Virus record (IMG/VR): IMGVR_UViG_3300042889_001061
Span: 32,001 to 96,000 of that record
Direction: 5' to 3' (one strand)
Source: a virus
DNA: 64,000 nt
Shown here: positions 20,435-29,678 of the stretch, piece by piece
How positions within the stretch are numbered: the stretch's first letter is position 1
Layout of the letters: each line of letters starts with the position of its first letter
Notes under the pieces: model-generated
What the model was told of the DNA's origin: nothing
The model's input: only the letters and a program-made list of their open reading frames with translations
Databases searched by the model: none
Program-made: the position numbers and the translations under genes

Positions 20435-22597
20435 ATGGCAACATTACCACCAATTAATGCAGGCGCATTAAAACTAACCTTTCCTACTAACCTTCCTAAG
20501 AACGAAAAAGATCTTATCTGTATGCTACTTGCTGGCAGATTAAAAGATCTACTTAATGGACGCTTGGTATGTGCTCAACTTGCCATAGATGATTTAATCA
20601 AAGATGCAACTGGAATCAGTGCATTAAGCTCACTGCGTGATTCTCTTGTCGGAATGAAATCTGCAATTGACAGAATGAAATCTGCAACAGGCTACGACAA
20701 GATATTACAAGGTGTGAATCAAGCACTGGGTCAAGTCAATAACGTATTCAGCTTAGGAGGGCTGTGCCCCAGCCCAATTCGTGCTCCTATGATACCAGAC
20801 TTGTTGGGGCAGTTGAATGCAAATCTATTTGGCCAAGGACTTAATATTTTAAATGCATTGGGCAAGGTCAGTAACCCTAGCATGTGCTTGGGCGGCGGCC
20901 CCGGCGGCTTTGGTATCAATTGGAACAGTATGCCAGGCGACTTAAGAAATCTTAAAAATGCAATCAAGCAAGCAGGTAATACACCATCTGCTACGATTAA
21001 TGCTTTTAATCAAAATTTAAAATCGCAGACATCTAGATTAAAATCAGAAGTAAAAAGACTAGAACAAAATTTAGCAGATCCATTAGGACTAAACAATAAA
21101 CTTAATACAGCAAGAAATTTGCAACGTGCTAAGAGTGTCAGCGATGGGTATCCGGTAAAAGACAGTCGCGGCATTCTTCATGACAACGTTTTAAAGTCAA
21201 TGGTATCTGCTGACATTGAATCAGTGATAGACAATGGAGATCGAACTCCAATTAAGTATGTGACTAAACCAATTCTTGACTATTGCGGAGTTGTAATAGG
21301 CTATGAAAAAGTAGCAGTCACTGGTGATCCGGCATATATAGGCTGGGACCCAAATGGAGATCTTAGTCTCAACACAGATCATCCAACCGTTAATCCCGTT
21401 GCAGGTTATGCCAGCTTTAAATATACGTTTAAGCAAGAAGGCAATACAGTCAAGGTCTATGATAGCATAGGCGCAGTAGTCACCGATTTGTCTTTGTCGA
21501 GAGGTGTTGCTTACAGACTTAATTTTGAATTAACTAACAAAGAAATTCAATTTTATTCTGATCCTGCTTATACAACGGTATGGACAGAAGGTTTAACCTA
21601 CAGTAGAAATCCGGAATACGGTACAGACATGGAAATTATAACTCCTGATGTTAATACAAAATTTGTCCGAGGAGAACTAGATTGGGCAGTATTAATAGAA
21701 AATCCAACAACACCCAATATCGTTTATTGGAAAACTAATAACAATAGCTCGGCTGGCAGTTTTGTTATCACAGGCGAAACTTCGATCCCATTGTCAGATA
21801 GAACGTATGACATATCGATGGCAGTTAAAAAAGCCTGCCTACATTTAGTAAACGTTCCAGCAAGCTCTGCGATTCCTGTAAACTACGAAAACTTTTTAGG
21901 ATCGCCTACTTCGTTTACTACGACAAGAACATATAACACAGTAACAACAATATACGATTCAAGTGGTAATATAACAAGTACAACATCTTTATCTTCGATA
22001 CCAATGACAGTAAAAGAAGATACAGAAACCAGTGACGAACTAGGAAACACTGATCCAAATAATAAAGTAATTAAATCAGTGGCAAGATTTAATGCTGCCT
22101 CGTATTTAATAACCAAACGTTATATAAGCACAGAAAACGGATTGGAATATACTCAGATTTATTTTTATCTATCTCCTAGTCAAAACGAAGCCAATGCTAC
22201 ATATTGTATATTATTGAAGTTTGATGATCCAATTACAATTTTAAATTCTTCTAAGTTACCTTATACTGATAATTATTCTTATAAGTTAACCAGATTAATA
22301 AAATCTGGCAGCGAGTTCATTCCAGTAACTACACCAATTTCAAATTCGGATGAAACCAAATTCGAACTAGTGCAATCAAATGGCAAAGAATTTATTAGAT
22401 GGAATCTTACTTCGTTTAATGAATCTGACAAAGCAACTGTTCCTAAAAATGAATTTATATTTCAAACTGATATAGAAATAGATCCCACAGATCTTTCAAG
22501 GAATTTTATTGTTTCTAATCCAAAAGAATACAGAACATATTTCTATTTTAAATTCGGTGACGGAACCGCCATCCAATCTACTATTACACTGATATAA
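20435..22597 (+). CDS. Large putative virion structural protein
   Basis: Follows PAAR, TAAATA promoter; helical N-half and beta/Thr-rich C-half. Confidence 0.5.
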   Translation: MATLPPINAGALKLTFPTNLPKNEKDLICMLLAGRLKDLLNGRLVCAQLAIDDLIKDATGISALSSLRDSLVGMKSAIDRMKSATGYDKILQGVNQALGQVNNVFSLGGLCPSPIRAPMIPDLLGQLNANLFGQGLNILNALGKVSNPSMCLGGGPGGFGINWNSMPGDLRNLKNAIKQAGNTPSATINAFNQNLKSQTSRLKSEVKRLEQNLADPLGLNNKLNTARNLQRAKSVSDGYPVKDSRGILHDNVLKSMVSADIESVIDNGDRTPIKYVTKPILDYCGVVIGYEKVAVTGDPAYIGWDPNGDLSLNTDHPTVNPVAGYASFKYTFKQEGNTVKVYDSIGAVVTDLSLSRGVAYRLNFELTNKEIQFYSDPAYTTVWTEGLTYSRNPEYGTDMEIITPDVNTKFVRGELDWAVLIENPTTPNIVYWKTNNNSSAGSFVITGETSIPLSDRTYDISMAVKKACLHLVNVPASSAIPVNYENFLGSPTSFTTTRTYNTVTTIYDSSGNITSTTSLSSIPMTVKEDTETSDELGNTDPNNKVIKSVARFNAASYLITKRYISTENGLEYTQIYFYLSPSQNEANATYCILLKFDDPITILNSSKLPYTDNYSYKLTRLIKSGSEFIPVTTPISNSDETKFELVQSNGKEFIRWNLTSFNESDKATVPKNEFIFQTDIEIDPTDLSRNFIVSNPKEYRTYFYFKFGDGTAIQSTITLI

Positions 22598-22668
22598 ATT
22601 AATTTGGTAAATTAGCATTTGACATAAAGTCGAAATCAGTATATAATTATGCACTAGGAGTAATTCTA

Positions 22669-23142
22669 ATGCTTAAACAAATTGCCAAATTACTTACCAA
22701 AATTGGTAGACAACGTATTATTTTAGACCGAGAAAGCAATGAGCCTTATTTGGAACGTTACTATGTATTTCTCAAAGATAGAACATGGTTTCCATTTAAT
22801 ATCTTCCTGCATAAATTTTTAAAATCTGATCCGGATGATGTTCATGATCATCCATGGCCTTATGCCTCCCTGATACTTAAAGGCGGATATTGGGAATGGA
22901 TTCCTCATTTTAATAGTCAGGGACAAAAGATTGGTGAATACCAAGTTTGGCGTGCTGCCGGAAGTTTTAGAATAAACAGTGCAAATAGTTATCACAGAAT
23001 TGAGTTAGATCCCACAGTGGAATGTTGGACAATGTTTATGCCCGGCCCCCAAAAACGTGAATGGGGATTTTTAGTTAACAACAAATGGATACACAATGAC
23101 GAATACATTAAACAACGTACTGCTACAGCCTCCAAGCAGTGA
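22669..23142 (+). CDS. Cupin-fold protein
   Basis: HDHPW...GGYWE...HRIEL; sigma70 promoter upstream. Confidence 0.7.
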   Translation: MLKQIAKLLTKIGRQRIILDRESNEPYLERYYVFLKDRTWFPFNIFLHKFLKSDPDDVHDHPWPYASLILKGGYWEWIPHFNSQGQKIGEYQVWRAAGSFRINSANSYHRIELDPTVECWTMFMPGPQKREWGFLVNNKWIHNDEYIKQRTATASKQ

Positions 23143-23437
23143 ATGGACAGAAGAACAAGTAACTACATTTCGTAGTTGGTTAGTGGGAATGTTACAGATA
23201 GGTCCAGTAACTGTGACATTTAATAAAAAAGATGGTGCAGAACGTGTAATGACTTGTAGCCTGCAACCAGAATTATTGCCACCTGCACCCGTACACGAAT
23301 CTAATACCAATAATCCCATTGACTTTCCAAAAGTTAAAAAAGAAAATCTAAACATTATTTCAGTATATGATTTAGAAGCAACTGCTTGGCGGAGTTTTAC
23401 AGTTAAGAACGTTACCAATGTAACATTAAAATTATGA
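23096..23437 (+). CDS. WYL_2/SH3-like beta-barrel protein
   Basis: VTFNKKDGAERVM...VYDLEATAWRSF. Confidence 0.7.
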   Translation: MTNTLNNVLLQPPSSEWTEEQVTTFRSWLVGMLQIGPVTVTFNKKDGAERVMTCSLQPELLPPAPVHESNTNNPIDFPKVKKENLNIISVYDLEATAWRSFTVKNVTNVTLKL

Positions 23438-23886
23438 AAAGATATTATTTTGCCTATGGCATGAACACTAACGTCGCTGAAATGGCAAATCGTTGTCCCA
23501 AGGCTGTTAATCTCGGTCGTTGTACATTAACTGGCTTTGAATTAAAGTTTCGACTTCACGCTGACATTGACGAAGTTGTGGGCAGTGAAATGGAAGGTGT
23601 TCTTTGGGACATCACTGAAGAATGCGAACAAGCATTGGATCGTTTGGAAGGATATCCCTTTTACTATGATAAAATTGAAGTAATAGTTATCCCAGACACG
23701 CCAGTTAATAACAATACACATATCCGTGCCATGGCTTATATTATGAACACCAAAGGTGCAGAAGAAGCTCCTAGTACTGGCTACGAAGATTGTTTGATTG
23801 AAGGCTACACAGCAAATGGATTGGATGTCAACAAGTTGACAAAAAAGGTCGATTCACTTATAATTAATCAAACAGGCTATGTATAA
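23434..23886 (+). CDS. Gamma-glutamylcyclotransferase (AIG2-like)
   Basis: YFAYGMN, GVLWDI, LDRLEGYP..Y. Confidence 0.85.
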   Translation: MKRYYFAYGMNTNVAEMANRCPKAVNLGRCTLTGFELKFRLHADIDEVVGSEMEGVLWDITEECEQALDRLEGYPFYYDKIEVIVIPDTPVNNNTHIRAMAYIMNTKGAEEAPSTGYEDCLIEGYTANGLDVNKLTKKVDSLIINQTGYV

Positions 23887-24181
23887 ACAGGACAGCGTTC
23901 GTCAAGTGTTAATGGATTTTAAGATAACTATTACTGGCAATAAAGTAAAGCGTCAGTACAATGCAAATCCATTTACACATATTAACACAAGTTGGGATGA
24001 CCCCATTTTTTATAAACCAGAAGAAGAACATGTTACAATGATCACAGCAGAGATTCCAGAACGAGAATTTACAGCAATGGCAGATGTATTGTGCGAGTTC
24101 AGAGACTTGATGAGAGATCCAGAAACAGCAAGATTGTTAATGGAAGCAAGATTTATAAATAGATTAAAAGGTAATAGATAA
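23879..24181 (+). CDS. Hypothetical protein
   Basis: ORF in operon. Confidence 0.55.
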   Translation: MYKQDSVRQVLMDFKITITGNKVKRQYNANPFTHINTSWDDPIFYKPEEEHVTMITAEIPEREFTAMADVLCEFRDLMRDPETARLLMEARFINRLKGNR

Positions 24182-24182
24182 T

Positions 24183-25025
24183 ATGGCACAACATACACGC
24201 TACTGGAGTTGTACACCTTTTGCAGACTGGCTCCGAGGTACTAAAAAACTCAGTGCTGGCACAGCAGAGGAATGGGATGACTGGACAACAGCCGCACAGA
24301 TGAAGCACAATTTTCGCTATTGGTTAGCGGAAGAAGCACTTGGACATATCCAAGATTTTGTAACATGGCCTATAAGGACTTTATATGATATTAAATACTA
24401 CATTAACAACCGTTTTGTTACCCGCACTCATAGCCTTACCGCTCATCCCCGGGATATTAAGCCTGGCCAGTGGCAAGACGTGGGGAACCGCTTTTTGCCT
24501 TGCTTATTCAATGAGCTTGTTGATTTTGTTGAAATAGAATCAGCATGGAGTCATATTGCCTGGGGCAGTAAAGAAGATCGTGAGAAATACAATACTCCTT
24601 TCTATGCCAGTGGCTGGTGGCGTTGGAGAACTTGGCGTTGCCCACAAGCAGGCATAGATCATCTTGACTGGGCAATGACTTTGACAAACGGTGAATGGTG
24701 CAAGCCGGAAGATACAGACTATGGCAAGCCCACTGGTCAAGCAGAACGTGCAAAAGAGATCAAAGAACTTTATACATGGTGGACTACAGTATATCCTAAT
24801 CGTCTTGATCCACATGATGCCAGTGGGTGGAGTGATTATTGCGAAGCAAGTCGTATTGCCAACGGCGGCAAGCTAAGTTGGTCGGGCAAGGATAAAACTC
24901 CCGAGCTTAAAGAAATGAGCGATAAATCGCACAAGCTTCTGCAGGAAATAGAGTCAGCCTATGAAGCAGAAGATGAAGCTATGATGATCCGTTTAATTAA
25001 AGCAAGAGATAGTCTATGGACATAA
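24183..25025 (+). CDS. Trp-rich conserved phage hypothetical protein
   Basis: 280-aa ORF. Confidence 0.6.
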   Translation: MAQHTRYWSCTPFADWLRGTKKLSAGTAEEWDDWTTAAQMKHNFRYWLAEEALGHIQDFVTWPIRTLYDIKYYINNRFVTRTHSLTAHPRDIKPGQWQDVGNRFLPCLFNELVDFVEIESAWSHIAWGSKEDREKYNTPFYASGWWRWRTWRCPQAGIDHLDWAMTLTNGEWCKPEDTDYGKPTGQAERAKEIKELYTWWTTVYPNRLDPHDASGWSDYCEASRIANGGKLSWSGKDKTPELKEMSDKSHKLLQEIESAYEAEDEAMMIRLIKARDSLWT

Positions 25026-25189
25026 ACCCAAATTATTGTAAGTGCGGTAATAAAAGGAAATATTCCGATCAATACGATGCCTATTACTGTGATTCCTGCA
25101 ATAAATGGTTAGAAGCAAAATGTAACCACCCAGAATGCGAATATTGTCCTAATCGTCCAGAGAATCCTGTCAACGAAACTATAACCTAA
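25016..25189 (+). CDS. Small Cys-rich (zinc-binding-like) protein, not in ORF track
   Basis: MDINPNYCKCG...YYCDSCNKWLEAKCNHPECEYCPNRP. Confidence 0.55.
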   Translation: MDINPNYCKCGNKRKYSDQYDAYYCDSCNKWLEAKCNHPECEYCPNRPENPVNETIT

Positions 25190-25218
25190 AACGTTAAATA
25201 TATAAGAAGGAGATAATT

Positions 25219-25521
25219 ATGAAAAAATTATTCATCACTCTGGCATTAGCCTGTGTAACATTGCCTGCATTGGCACAACATCATGGATACCGTCATCACA
25301 ATCACCACTATCGAGGTCCGGGATACGGCAGCTGGGTAGCACCGCTAATTATTGGCGGTGCTATTAGTTATACATTAACTAGACCTGAGCCTATAATTAT
25401 ACAGCAACCAGTATATATCGAACAGCAACCAATACCATTAAATCAAAATTGTGGTCCGTGGAAAGAAGTCTGGACTTCTGATGGCAAAATTTATAGAGAA
25501 AGAACTTGTACTAGTCAATAA
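25219..25521 (+). CDS. Secreted His-rich small protein
   Basis: Signal peptide ending ALA-Q; HHGYRHHNHH; GGAG SD. Confidence 0.65.
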   Translation: MKKLFITLALACVTLPALAQHHGYRHHNHHYRGPGYGSWVAPLIIGGAISYTLTRPEPIIIQQPVYIEQQPIPLNQNCGPWKEVWTSDGKIYRERTCTSQ

Positions 25522-25603
25522 CTAATACTGACGCCGACCTAAACTATTCGTATTAAACATTTATACGGTACTACTTTTAAGTACTAGTGTAAATGTTTTT
25601 AGT

Positions 25604-25690
25604 GGATAGTTGGTCGAGAGGCTTATGACACCAATCTCCGAAGTTGGCAAAGACGCGAGTCTTTCAGGGGTTCAAATCCCCTACTATCCT
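25604..25690 (+). tRNA. Class II (long variable arm, Ser-like body) tRNA with anticodon CCG (Arg)
   Basis: Acceptor GGATAGT/ACTATCC, D arm GTC/GAC, anticodon arm CCAAT-CTCCGAA-GTTGG, V arm AAAGAC-GCGA-GTCTTT, T arm AGGGG-TTCAAAT-CCCCT; no encoded CCA. Confidence 0.8.
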
Positions 25691-25703
25691 CTAAGAACAT
25701 TTT

Positions 25704-25949
25704 ATGAAAACAATTATTTTATTAACAACAATCTTACTATCGGGGTGTAGTTCACTGAACACAGTATTGTATAACAGTGCCAATGCTTGTTTAGAAGCAC
25801 AGAAATCAATTAGTAAAGATTCTGCGATGACAGAAATTGCAAGATTAAATGCAATACAAGAAATAGCAAAAACTGCCAACGATGAAACTAAAAGGACATT
25901 GTCGTCTTTAATAAATAATAAACGACAAACTGATATTATATGTAAATAA
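25704..25949 (+). CDS. Lipoprotein
   Basis: Lipobox LSGC. Confidence 0.65.
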   Translation: MKTIILLTTILLSGCSSLNTVLYNSANACLEAQKSISKDSAMTEIARLNAIQEIAKTANDETKRTLSSLINNKRQTDIICK

Positions 25950-25956
25950 AAGTTAA

Positions 25957-26370
25957 GACTGTATGAAGTAGACAGAAAAGGATTCAAGACGCGGGGGCAG
26001 TGCCCGCCAGGTCCACCAAAAGTATTGTGAACAGAAACAAGTAATGAACCCGAGCTGTGTACAGGCAGAGGTGTAGTGAACGAAAGTAAGTGGCACAGGC
26101 TAGTACAACGGAAGAGGTGTTAAACCCGTAGATTAAGTTCCTACGCTCTCGCTCAACCGATGCCAGTAGATCGTACCTACTATACTTTTGATGGGCCTGA
26201 CACAGGATCGATTGGGTCACAAGTATTGAAATGGACAGTCCGGCAATGTAGAAGCCGTTAGGATTGGGGATTTCCCGGTCGAAGAAGCAAAACAAAGTAA
26301 CCGCAAACGACTCACAGTTCGCATTAGCTGCCTAAACTCAGCTTAGGGTAAGACATACCTCGTAACAGAA
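25957..26370 (+). ncRNA. ssrA: Circularly permuted (two-piece) tmRNA
   Basis: Acceptor piece T-arm GCGGG-GGCAGTG-CCCGC plus CAGGTCC-A-CCA (to 26018) precedes 5' piece GGGCCTG (26193), giving G3:U70; tag (A)ANDSQFALAA* at 26303-26335; outer ends approximate. Confidence 0.92.
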
Positions 26371-26375
26371 AATCA

Positions 26376-26402
26376 GAAACCCGCTTCGGCGGGTTTTCTT
26401 TT
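26376..26402 (+). terminator. Rho-independent terminator after tmRNA
   Basis: gaaacccgc-ttcg-gcgggtttt plus T tract. Confidence 0.85.
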
Positions 26403-26453
26403 CTAATTAATTATAAAAATTTTAAAGAGTTCTTCGCTGAGATAGATGTATTA

Positions 26454-27338
26454 TCAGTTCGGGGAATCGTTGATTATCTCACTACTGCAATAGTATTTGC
26501 CACCGGTGGTCAGCAAATCGCTGATTAACTGATCCAAAGGTACACTAATGAAATCTTTTCTGTAAGTATGTCTTGGACCTTGTATTACATAGTCTATATT
26601 TTCTGCACCAGACATTTTTGGAAAATATATTAAATCTTTACCCCAATATTTTCCATAATACATGCCTTTAATAAAGGAGTCCCACCAACTGATATTACGT
26701 ACTCCTTGTTTTGTGTATAGTCCATGAGCATTAATAAATGCTGTCATTATATCGTCTTTAACTGTACTTACAACAACTTCGCTGGTTTTATCAAATAATA
26801 TATATTCAGCGGTTCTGCCTAAAGTGTCTCCTGCACGTTTTCGTGACATTTCAAAAGTATGATAACCTTCATAAAAATGTGCAATACCTTTAACAAAGGT
26901 TATAAAAGGGCCGTCTCCGCCCTGCAAAAAGTTTACATCAGGTAATTGGCCGAGAAACTTACTATGAATTATTTGAAATGGCGGAATATTTAAATTTTTA
27001 CTGATGTCAAGTATTTCTTCTTTACAGGCCATGGGATCAATGTCAATGATATGTGATTTAAACTGCCAAGCACGTTCCAATTTTTTTAAATTATTAAACT
27101 CAATATCATTATAACCTGGCATATAAAGAAATGCAGTTTCAATTTTAATACCTTGATCCATAAAACTTCTCAACGCGGCTTGACTATCAACACCAGAACT
27201 AATACCTAATATAAGTTTGTCCCCCAGGGCAATTATATCTCTAGCTCGACGATTATACTCTTCTCGAAGATTGCCCACTTCCCACTGACATTGGTCGTAT
27301 TCGATGTAAAATCCTTGGCTATCTGTGTTGAATTGCAT
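26454..27338 (-). CDS. PP-loop (adenine nucleotide alpha hydrolase) family protein
   Basis: ILGISSGVDS. Confidence 0.65.
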   Translation of the reverse strand: MQFNTDSQGFYIEYDQCQWEVGNLREEYNRRARDIIALGDKLILGISSGVDSQAALRSFMDQGIKIETAFLYMPGYNDIEFNNLKKLERAWQFKSHIIDIDPMACKEEILDISKNLNIPPFQIIHSKFLGQLPDVNFLQGGDGPFITFVKGIAHFYEGYHTFEMSRKRAGDTLGRTAEYILFDKTSEVVVSTVKDDIMTAFINAHGLYTKQGVRNISWWDSFIKGMYYGKYWGKDLIYFPKMSGAENIDYVIQGPRHTYRKDFISVPLDQLISDLLTTGGKYYCSSEIINDSPN

Positions 27339-27374
27339 ATTGTATATTGCCTTAATAAATACATATTTATTACT

Positions 27375-28529
27375 ATGACAAACAAAAAATTAGGGTATTA
27401 TACATGTGCCGGTCTGGAATTTGAATCTAAAATTCAAGCATGTCTACATGCAGTCGCCACAGGTAGGGAAGTTCAATGGCATTTTAACGATGAGATTTTT
27501 TCAAAACACAATTGGAGTGTAGAGCCGGAATTAAGTCTTGATGCATTGTATAATTTAAGAAGTAAGCAGATTAGAGAAAAATACGACTATGTTGTATTAA
27601 GTTACAGCGGTGGCGCAGACAGTCATAATATCTTAATGAGCTTTATCCGCCAGGGTCTACACATAGACGAAATTGTTGTAAACAACATGGAAAAAGCCAA
27701 CCGGCAATTCACGGATCTCAATGTAAACAATACAGATCCAACTAATACTCCCGCCGAGTTTAGATTACAGGCTGTACCTAGATTAAAGGAAATCGCAGTA
27801 CTAATTCCTAGAACAAAAATCACAGTCTGTGATCTCAGTGAACACTTGTTTGACTACATGAATTCGGCCAAAGATGCCAGTTGGGTATTAGGCCGCAAGG
27901 AAGGCCTTAACGCTGCCAATGCCACTAGATATAATTATTTGGCCATGACTGAAATTAGAAAACAGTTTGATAAAAACAAGTCCATGGTCATTGTTGTGGG
28001 CGTGGACAAACCACGTTGTTTTATACGCAATGGTGATTTTTATATTAGATTTGCAGATCGTGCTGCCAACATTGTTCCAATCCCCGATCACTTGAACGAG
28101 TACACAAACAGCACGGTAGAACTATACTATTGGAGTCCGGACAGTATAGATATTTTAACTAAACAAGCACATGTTGTTCGTCGCTGGTTAAAATTTAAAC
28201 CTGAAATGCAAAAATTGTTTGACAGTGATGTAATGGCAGATCCCAAAATATTTAGAATTTACCACGAGCAACTTCTTAAAAATATTGTATATACGACATG
28301 GAATGAAAATTGGTTTCAAACAGATAAAGCAGTCAAAGACTGGACCAGTGAATTTGATCAATGGTTTGAAGATGGATACAGTGATACAAGAGCATATGGT
28401 ATTTGGCTGGAAGGCGTTAACTTCGTCAAGGACAAGCTACACACATTTGCCAATCATCGCAATGGCGATCTCGATGGCTTAAAGCTGTTTGGAAAAAACT
28501 ATAAAATAGGATCTTTTGCAGATCGTTGA
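27375..28529 (+). CDS. PP-loop (adenine nucleotide alpha hydrolase) family protein
   Basis: VLSYSGGADSHNIL, GVDKP. Confidence 0.7.
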   Translation: MTNKKLGYYTCAGLEFESKIQACLHAVATGREVQWHFNDEIFSKHNWSVEPELSLDALYNLRSKQIREKYDYVVLSYSGGADSHNILMSFIRQGLHIDEIVVNNMEKANRQFTDLNVNNTDPTNTPAEFRLQAVPRLKEIAVLIPRTKITVCDLSEHLFDYMNSAKDASWVLGRKEGLNAANATRYNYLAMTEIRKQFDKNKSMVIVVGVDKPRCFIRNGDFYIRFADRAANIVPIPDHLNEYTNSTVELYYWSPDSIDILTKQAHVVRRWLKFKPEMQKLFDSDVMADPKIFRIYHEQLLKNIVYTTWNENWFQTDKAVKDWTSEFDQWFEDGYSDTRAYGIWLEGVNFVKDKLHTFANHRNGDLDGLKLFGKNYKIGSFADR

Positions 28530-28531
28530 TT

Positions 28532-29437
28532 TTATTGTTTAATTTCTAGTTTATTGTTTTGTATAAATTTAGTCAACGCTCGATTTGATTTTAATACAGA
28601 ATTTATCATCCAGGGCTCTGTTGAGCCTATGGGCAATAAACCTGCAACAAACGTAGTATCTTTAAATTCCTTGCTGGATAATATCTTCGAAACATCTGCG
28701 ATAATTTTATTCTTATTGTCAGTTTCCATAGATTTAGAAACTACTAATGCTACATAACTTTGATATGGAAATGGTTCTTTAAAGTATTGTTCCCATGTAA
28801 GAATTTTATCTCCCATGTCATGACTGGCAAATAACACAGTGATTCGTGGATCAGTGATTATTACTTTGATGCCTGCATAGTTGCCAAACGTACAATCTAC
28901 ATTTCCAGCCAGTACGTCCAATGCACCTTTGTTGCCGCCTGCAGGATAAGGTATTGCCAAATGCTTGCCTTTGGCATGAACAAACAAAGATTCGGATGCA
29001 ATATGTTCGGAGCTGCCATAACCGTTAATGGCAAAACTCAATGATTTTGTTGTTGATAAAAAGTCGTCAAACGTTTTGATTCCTAGTTTTGAATTACATA
29101 TTAATAAATTTGGAAGAACAGCAACGACTGCTAATATTTCCAAGTCTGTGTCTGGATTGTATTCCAAATCTTTAAACATCATTGGATTGGTTACATATAT
29201 TTGTGGTACAGTGGCCATTAAAACACTGTTGCCTTGTAAGACATGTTTGACTGCGATTCTGCCGGCACCACCAGGACGATTTTGCACAATATAGCCAGCA
29301 GACGCTGGTAAGTTTTTTGTGATCAATCTGGCAATTCTATCGCTGGGTCCACCCGGAGCATGATGAACAGTGAATTCTACAGCATGAGCCGAAATGCATA
29401 TACACATTCCCAAAAGTATTTTTTTAAGTTTATTCAT
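28532..29437 (-). CDS. Bug/TctC tripartite tricarboxylate transporter substrate-binding protein
   Basis: Signal peptide, PGGPSDRIAR, VQNRPGGAGRIA, GYGSSEH, IPYPAGG. Confidence 0.88.
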   Translation of the reverse strand: MNKLKKILLGMCICISAHAVEFTVHHAPGGPSDRIARLITKNLPASAGYIVQNRPGGAGRIAVKHVLQGNSVLMATVPQIYVTNPMMFKDLEYNPDTDLEILAVVAVLPNLLICNSKLGIKTFDDFLSTTKSLSFAINGYGSSEHIASESLFVHAKGKHLAIPYPAGGNKGALDVLAGNVDCTFGNYAGIKVIITDPRITVLFASHDMGDKILTWEQYFKEPFPYQSYVALVVSKSMETDNKNKIIADVSKILSSKEFKDTTFVAGLLPIGSTEPWMINSVLKSNRALTKFIQNNKLEIKQ

Positions 29438-29538
29438 AGAATAATATTTAGTTCTTGCTTATTGTTATTTTGGCTATGCACTCTTAAAGTGCTGGTGAAA
29501 TTGTAATCTAAGATTAACTAACTTGTAATCTAACTCAC

Positions 29539-29567
29539 TAGACAAAAAAATTGAAATTAGTTATACT
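29539..29567 (+). promoter_or_regulatory. Sigma70-type promoter of LuxR gene
   Basis: TAGACA-17-TATACT. Confidence 0.6.
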
Positions 29568-29678
29568 TACTATAACTATAAGATACACTGAAGTACTAGT
29601 ACTACAGAGTATTAGTATTAAGAAGTATAGACTACATTAAGTATTAACATAGCAGACCTAACAACGAAAAAACTTTAT

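Noticed and set aside
26019-26192. RNase P RNA or group I intron in the tmRNA intervening segment
   Set aside because: Short resemblances (ACAGAAA, TAAACCC) only; no GAGGAAAGUCC/P4 or P7 core found.
25984-26295. Minus-strand 103-aa ORF
   Set aside because: Antisense to the tmRNA with no protein motif.
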